DNA of 64,000 nt from Propionibacteriaceae bacterium (lineage in GTDB: Bacteria > Actinomycetota > Actinomycetes > Propionibacteriales > Propionibacteriaceae), in the NCBI GenBank assembly GCA_035634295.1, contig DASQDG010000038.1:17209-81208 (forward strand). The letters are read 5' to 3'. The notes under the pieces are model-generated. The model was not told the origin of the DNA. It searched no databases and worked only from the letters and a program-made list of their open reading frames with translations. This document shows positions 61,205-64,000 of the stretch, piece after piece. Positions within the stretch are counted from its first letter, which is position 1. The number at the start of each line of letters is the position of its first letter. A program made the position numbers and the translations under genes.

Positions 61205-62190
61205 ACAAGGGCGTTCCGGTACCCAGTCAGCAGTTGCGTGGACCAGCAGAGCTCGTCCTGGCCACGCTGGTGGCGCGCCGCTACTACATCGACGGACGCA
61301 CCAAGATCGAAATCGGCGACGAGTTTCGACTCAGCCGGTTCAAGGTGGCCCGTCTGCTGGACAGTGCGCGCAACCAGGGTCTGGTCCGGATCGAGATCAG
61401 CTACCCCGGCGCGGTGGACGTAGAGCTGTCGGCGCAGCTACGCGAAACATTTGCCCTCGAGCACGCCATCGTGGTCAACACTCACGACGAGGAGGAGGAG
61501 GCACTACGCAAGCAGCTCGGGCTGGCCACTGCCGAGCTGCTGAGCGAGGTGCTCACCGGCGAGGACGTGCTGGGGCTCGCGTGGGCGCGCACGGTCCGGG
61601 CCATGGTGACCGAGCTGCGTAGCCTCCCGGCGGTCCCCGTGGTGCAGCTGACCGGGGCTTTGTCGCGGTCGACTGAGACGTCCAGCTCGGTCGAGGGCGA
61701 CAACTCGATCGACGTGGTCCGCGAGGCGGCCAGGATCGCCGGTGGCCCCGCTTACCTCTTCTTCGCGCCGCTGCTGGTGCCCGACGGCTCGACGGCCCAG
61801 GCCTTGCATCGGCAGCCTGACGTGGCCCGCGCCCTGATCATGATGGGTTCGGTCTCCCGGGCGGTGATGGGCGTCGGTCGTTGGGCGCCTGCCCAGTCCA
61901 CCCTCTACGACGCCGCCACCGAACCGGAGCGGCGAGCGCTGGCTCAGCAGGGCGTCTGCGCCGAGATCGGCGGCGTGTTCTTGGGCGCTGACGGGGAGCC
62001 GCTGCACACTTCGCTGAACGAGCGGATGGTGGCCATGACCGCCGACCAGATGAGGGCGATCCCGGACGTCATCGCCATTCCGTACGGGGTGAGCAAGCGG
62101 CCGGCCGTGCACGCAGCGCTGCGCAGCGGACTGGTCAACAGCCTGGTCACGCATTCATCCCTGGCTACCGCTCTGATCGGCGAACCGTAG
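61198..62190 (+). CDS. Sugar-binding transcriptional regulator, SorC/DeoR(Bacillus)-type
   Basis: ARRYYIDGRTKIEIGDEFRLSRFKVARLL HTH; LGLAWART, VVQLTG, sugar-binding C-terminal domain ending LVT. Confidence 0.92.
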   Translation: MSDKGVPVPSQQLRGPAELVLATLVARRYYIDGRTKIEIGDEFRLSRFKVARLLDSARNQGLVRIEISYPGAVDVELSAQLRETFALEHAIVVNTHDEEEEALRKQLGLATAELLSEVLTGEDVLGLAWARTVRAMVTELRSLPAVPVVQLTGALSRSTETSSSVEGDNSIDVVREAARIAGGPAYLFFAPLLVPDGSTAQALHRQPDVARALIMMGSVSRAVMGVGRWAPAQSTLYDAATEPERRALAQQGVCAEIGGVFLGADGEPLHTSLNERMVAMTADQMRAIPDVIAIPYGVSKRPAVHAALRSGLVNSLVTHSSLATALIGEP

Positions 62191-62194
62191 CCCG

Positions 62195-63022
62195 GTGAGC
62201 GCACAGCCCGCTCGTCAGATGCCAGCCGAGCACCTGCTGCACGGCGGCACGGCCAACCGTGGCCTGGTGGTGCGCGTGGGAGACACCGTACGTCGGCCCC
62301 TGCGAGACACCAGCGAGGCCACTCACGCCCTGCTCGAGCACCTTGCGGCCGTCGGCTTCGACGGCGCTCCGCGGTTTCTCGGCGTCGATGGCGAAGGTCG
62401 AGAGGTGCTGTCCTACGTGGCTGGCGAAGCCGTCACACCGCCCTACCCCGGCTGGGCGCTCACCGACGAGGCACTCCGCAGTGTCGCGGATCTGCTGCGC
62501 CGCTATCACGCGGCCGTCGCCGACTTCGACCCGTCGCCGTACACCTGGCCGGCCTCGCCTCCCCCACCCTTTGACGACGAGCTGGTGAGCCACAACGACC
62601 CGAACCTCGACAACGTGGTGTTCCGGGATCGGCGAGCTGTCGCACTGATCGACTTCGACCTGGCCAGCCCCGGTTCACGGCTCTGGGATGTGGCGGCCAC
62701 CGGCCGCCTTTGGTCACCGTTGCGGAGCGACGAGGATGTCGTCGACGTCTGGCGAGGTCACACGCTGCGCCGACTGCGGGTCTTCCTCAACGCCTACGGC
62801 GGCGACTTCGAGCCCGACGCGCTGGTGGACGCGATCCGTCGCAACCACGACTGGCTCTATTCGGTGGTGCTCGCCGGGGCGGAGCAGGGCCACCCCGGCT
62901 TCGCCGACTATTGGCAGCAGGCGGCTTCCCGAGTGGGCCGGACACGGGCATGGCTGGCAGCAAACGAACAGGTTCTGGTTGAGGCCGTGGCCCGAGATGG
63001 CCGCTCCGCAGGACCCCCGTGA
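62195..63022 (+). CDS. APH-like phosphotransferase family protein
   Basis: VVRVGDTVRRP, GFDGAPR, HNDPNLDNVV, LIDFD. Confidence 0.85.
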   Translation: MSAQPARQMPAEHLLHGGTANRGLVVRVGDTVRRPLRDTSEATHALLEHLAAVGFDGAPRFLGVDGEGREVLSYVAGEAVTPPYPGWALTDEALRSVADLLRRYHAAVADFDPSPYTWPASPPPPFDDELVSHNDPNLDNVVFRDRRAVALIDFDLASPGSRLWDVAATGRLWSPLRSDEDVVDVWRGHTLRRLRVFLNAYGGDFEPDALVDAIRRNHDWLYSVVLAGAEQGHPGFADYWQQAASRVGRTRAWLAANEQVLVEAVARDGRSAGPP

Positions 63023-63157
63023 GGCCCGGCACCGTTAGTTGCTTTATGACCGAGTCGCTGGGGCGAAATTTTCTTCTTTGCCGGACAGACGGGTGGCAAC
63101 GCGGTAACGTCTTCAGTTCACGGCGGCTTCTCGGGGCTCATGGTCCAGGCGGCAGAC

Positions 63158-63619
63158 TCACACTGCCGTCTGGGCTTCCCCGGCCTGGACTGCGGGCAGT
63201 GGCCCGGCCACCTCACCCGACCTGGTCTTGGTCGCGATCACCTTGCCCAGCAGGCCGTTGACGTAGTCCGGCGAGTCGTCGGTCGACAGGTCCCCAACGA
63301 GCGCTACGGCCTCGGCGACCGCCACCGCATCGGGAACGTCGAGGAAGTCGATCTCGTAGACGGCGATCCGGACGGCCGCCCGGTCCACCCGGGGCATCCG
63401 CTCCAGCGTCCAGCCGGTCGACAGTGAATCGGCGATGCGGCGGTCGATCTCGCTTCGATGCGCCGTGACGCCCTCCACCAGAGACCGGGTGTAGTCGCGT
63501 ACTGGGGACTCGGCGTCGGCGATGCGCTGCTGCAGCGTCTGCAGGGTGTCGCGCGCCCGCAGGTCGGACTCGAACAAGACGTCGAGCGCGGCCTTGCGGG
63601 CCTTGGTGCGGGCAGACAT
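63158..63619 (-). CDS. nusB: Transcription antitermination factor NusB
   Basis: ARTKARKAAL..LFE, GWTLERMP.VDR, EAVAL, YVNGLLG. Confidence 0.95.
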   Translation of the reverse strand: MSARTKARKAALDVLFESDLRARDTLQTLQQRIADAESPVRDYTRSLVEGVTAHRSEIDRRIADSLSTGWTLERMPRVDRAAVRIAVYEIDFLDVPDAVAVAEAVALVGDLSTDDSPDYVNGLLGKVIATKTRSGEVAGPLPAVQAGEAQTAV

Positions 63620-63643
63620 GGTGTGGCCAGTCCTGGCCGGCCC

Positions 63644-64000
63644 TCAGCTGCCGATCCGGCCGAGGTAGTCGCCCGTACGGGTGTCCACCTTGACCTTCTC
63701 GCCGTTCGTGATGAACAGCGGCACCTGAATCTGCAGGCCGGTCTCGAGGGTGGCGGGCTTGGTGCCGCCCGTGCTGCGGTCACCCTGCAGCCCGGGCTCG
63801 GTGTAGGTGATCTGCAGCTCGACCGAAGCGGGCAGGTCGATGTAGAGGGGCAGATCCTGATGGATCGCCACCGTGGCGACCTGCTCCTCGAGGAGATAGT
63901 TCTTCGCGTCGCCGACGGTGTCGTCGCCGATGGTCAGCTGGTCATAGGTGGCGGTGTCCATGAACACGAAGCCGGACCCGTCGTGGTAGAGATACTGCAT
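63644..64000 (-). CDS. efp: Elongation factor P, 5' end outside window
   Basis: [45 protein letters not shown]. Confidence 0.96.
   Translation of the reverse strand: MQYLYHDGSGFVFMDTATYDQLTIGDDTVGDAKNYLLEEQVATVAIHQDLPLYIDLPASVELQITYTEPGLQGDRSTGGTKPATLETGLQIQVPLFITNGEKVKVDTRTGDYLGRIGS

Noticed and set aside
63023-63157. Slightly AT-richer stretch after nusB as a remnant pyrR/bldD promoter
   Set aside because: No convincing PyrR site, BldD box or gene fragment could be read.

Overview
High-GC actinobacterial chromosome segment; a Propionibacteriales/Nocardioidaceae-like organism is my inference from gene content and style, not a determination. About three quarters is housekeeping: der-plsC-cmk-tyrA; Pup-proteasome genes prcA, prcB, pup, dop, arc; trmI, metH, PAC2; rpe-rsmB-fmt-priA-metK-coaBC-rpoZ-gmk-mihF-pyrF-pyrD-carB-carA; nusB, efp; tRNA-Pro(GGG). 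The main accessory block is a ~15 kb cell-surface polyol-phosphate polymer cluster (2284-17660). It encodes a Bcs1-like CDP-ribitol synthase fusion, a GT2/TagF-like polymerase, a membrane protein with two tandem TagF-like modules, an O-acyltransferase, an intact plus a DxD-less GT2 paralog pair, and two methyltransferases. One methyltransferase has a coiled coil and basic tail reminiscent of a chain-terminating ruler. This block and the tyrA-der-tRNA block lie where pafA-pafBC-tatAC-helY sit in M. tuberculosis, and pafA is absent from the window. Other points: two families of dispersed palindromic intergenic elements, one with a conserved core and fully swapped outer stems; a PyrR-binding leader on carA although pyrR-pyrB-pyrC are missing; a sugar ABC/SorC-type regulator insertion with a readable operator; a secreted PLD-family fusion with non-canonical HKD motifs; and two G:C->T:A lesions (Lrp nonsense codon, MetK GAGDQG->GAGYQG) that may be sequencing artefacts. 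No integrase, transposase or CRISPR array was seen. Many start codons were moved from the ORF track using RBS, -10 box or overlap evidence.
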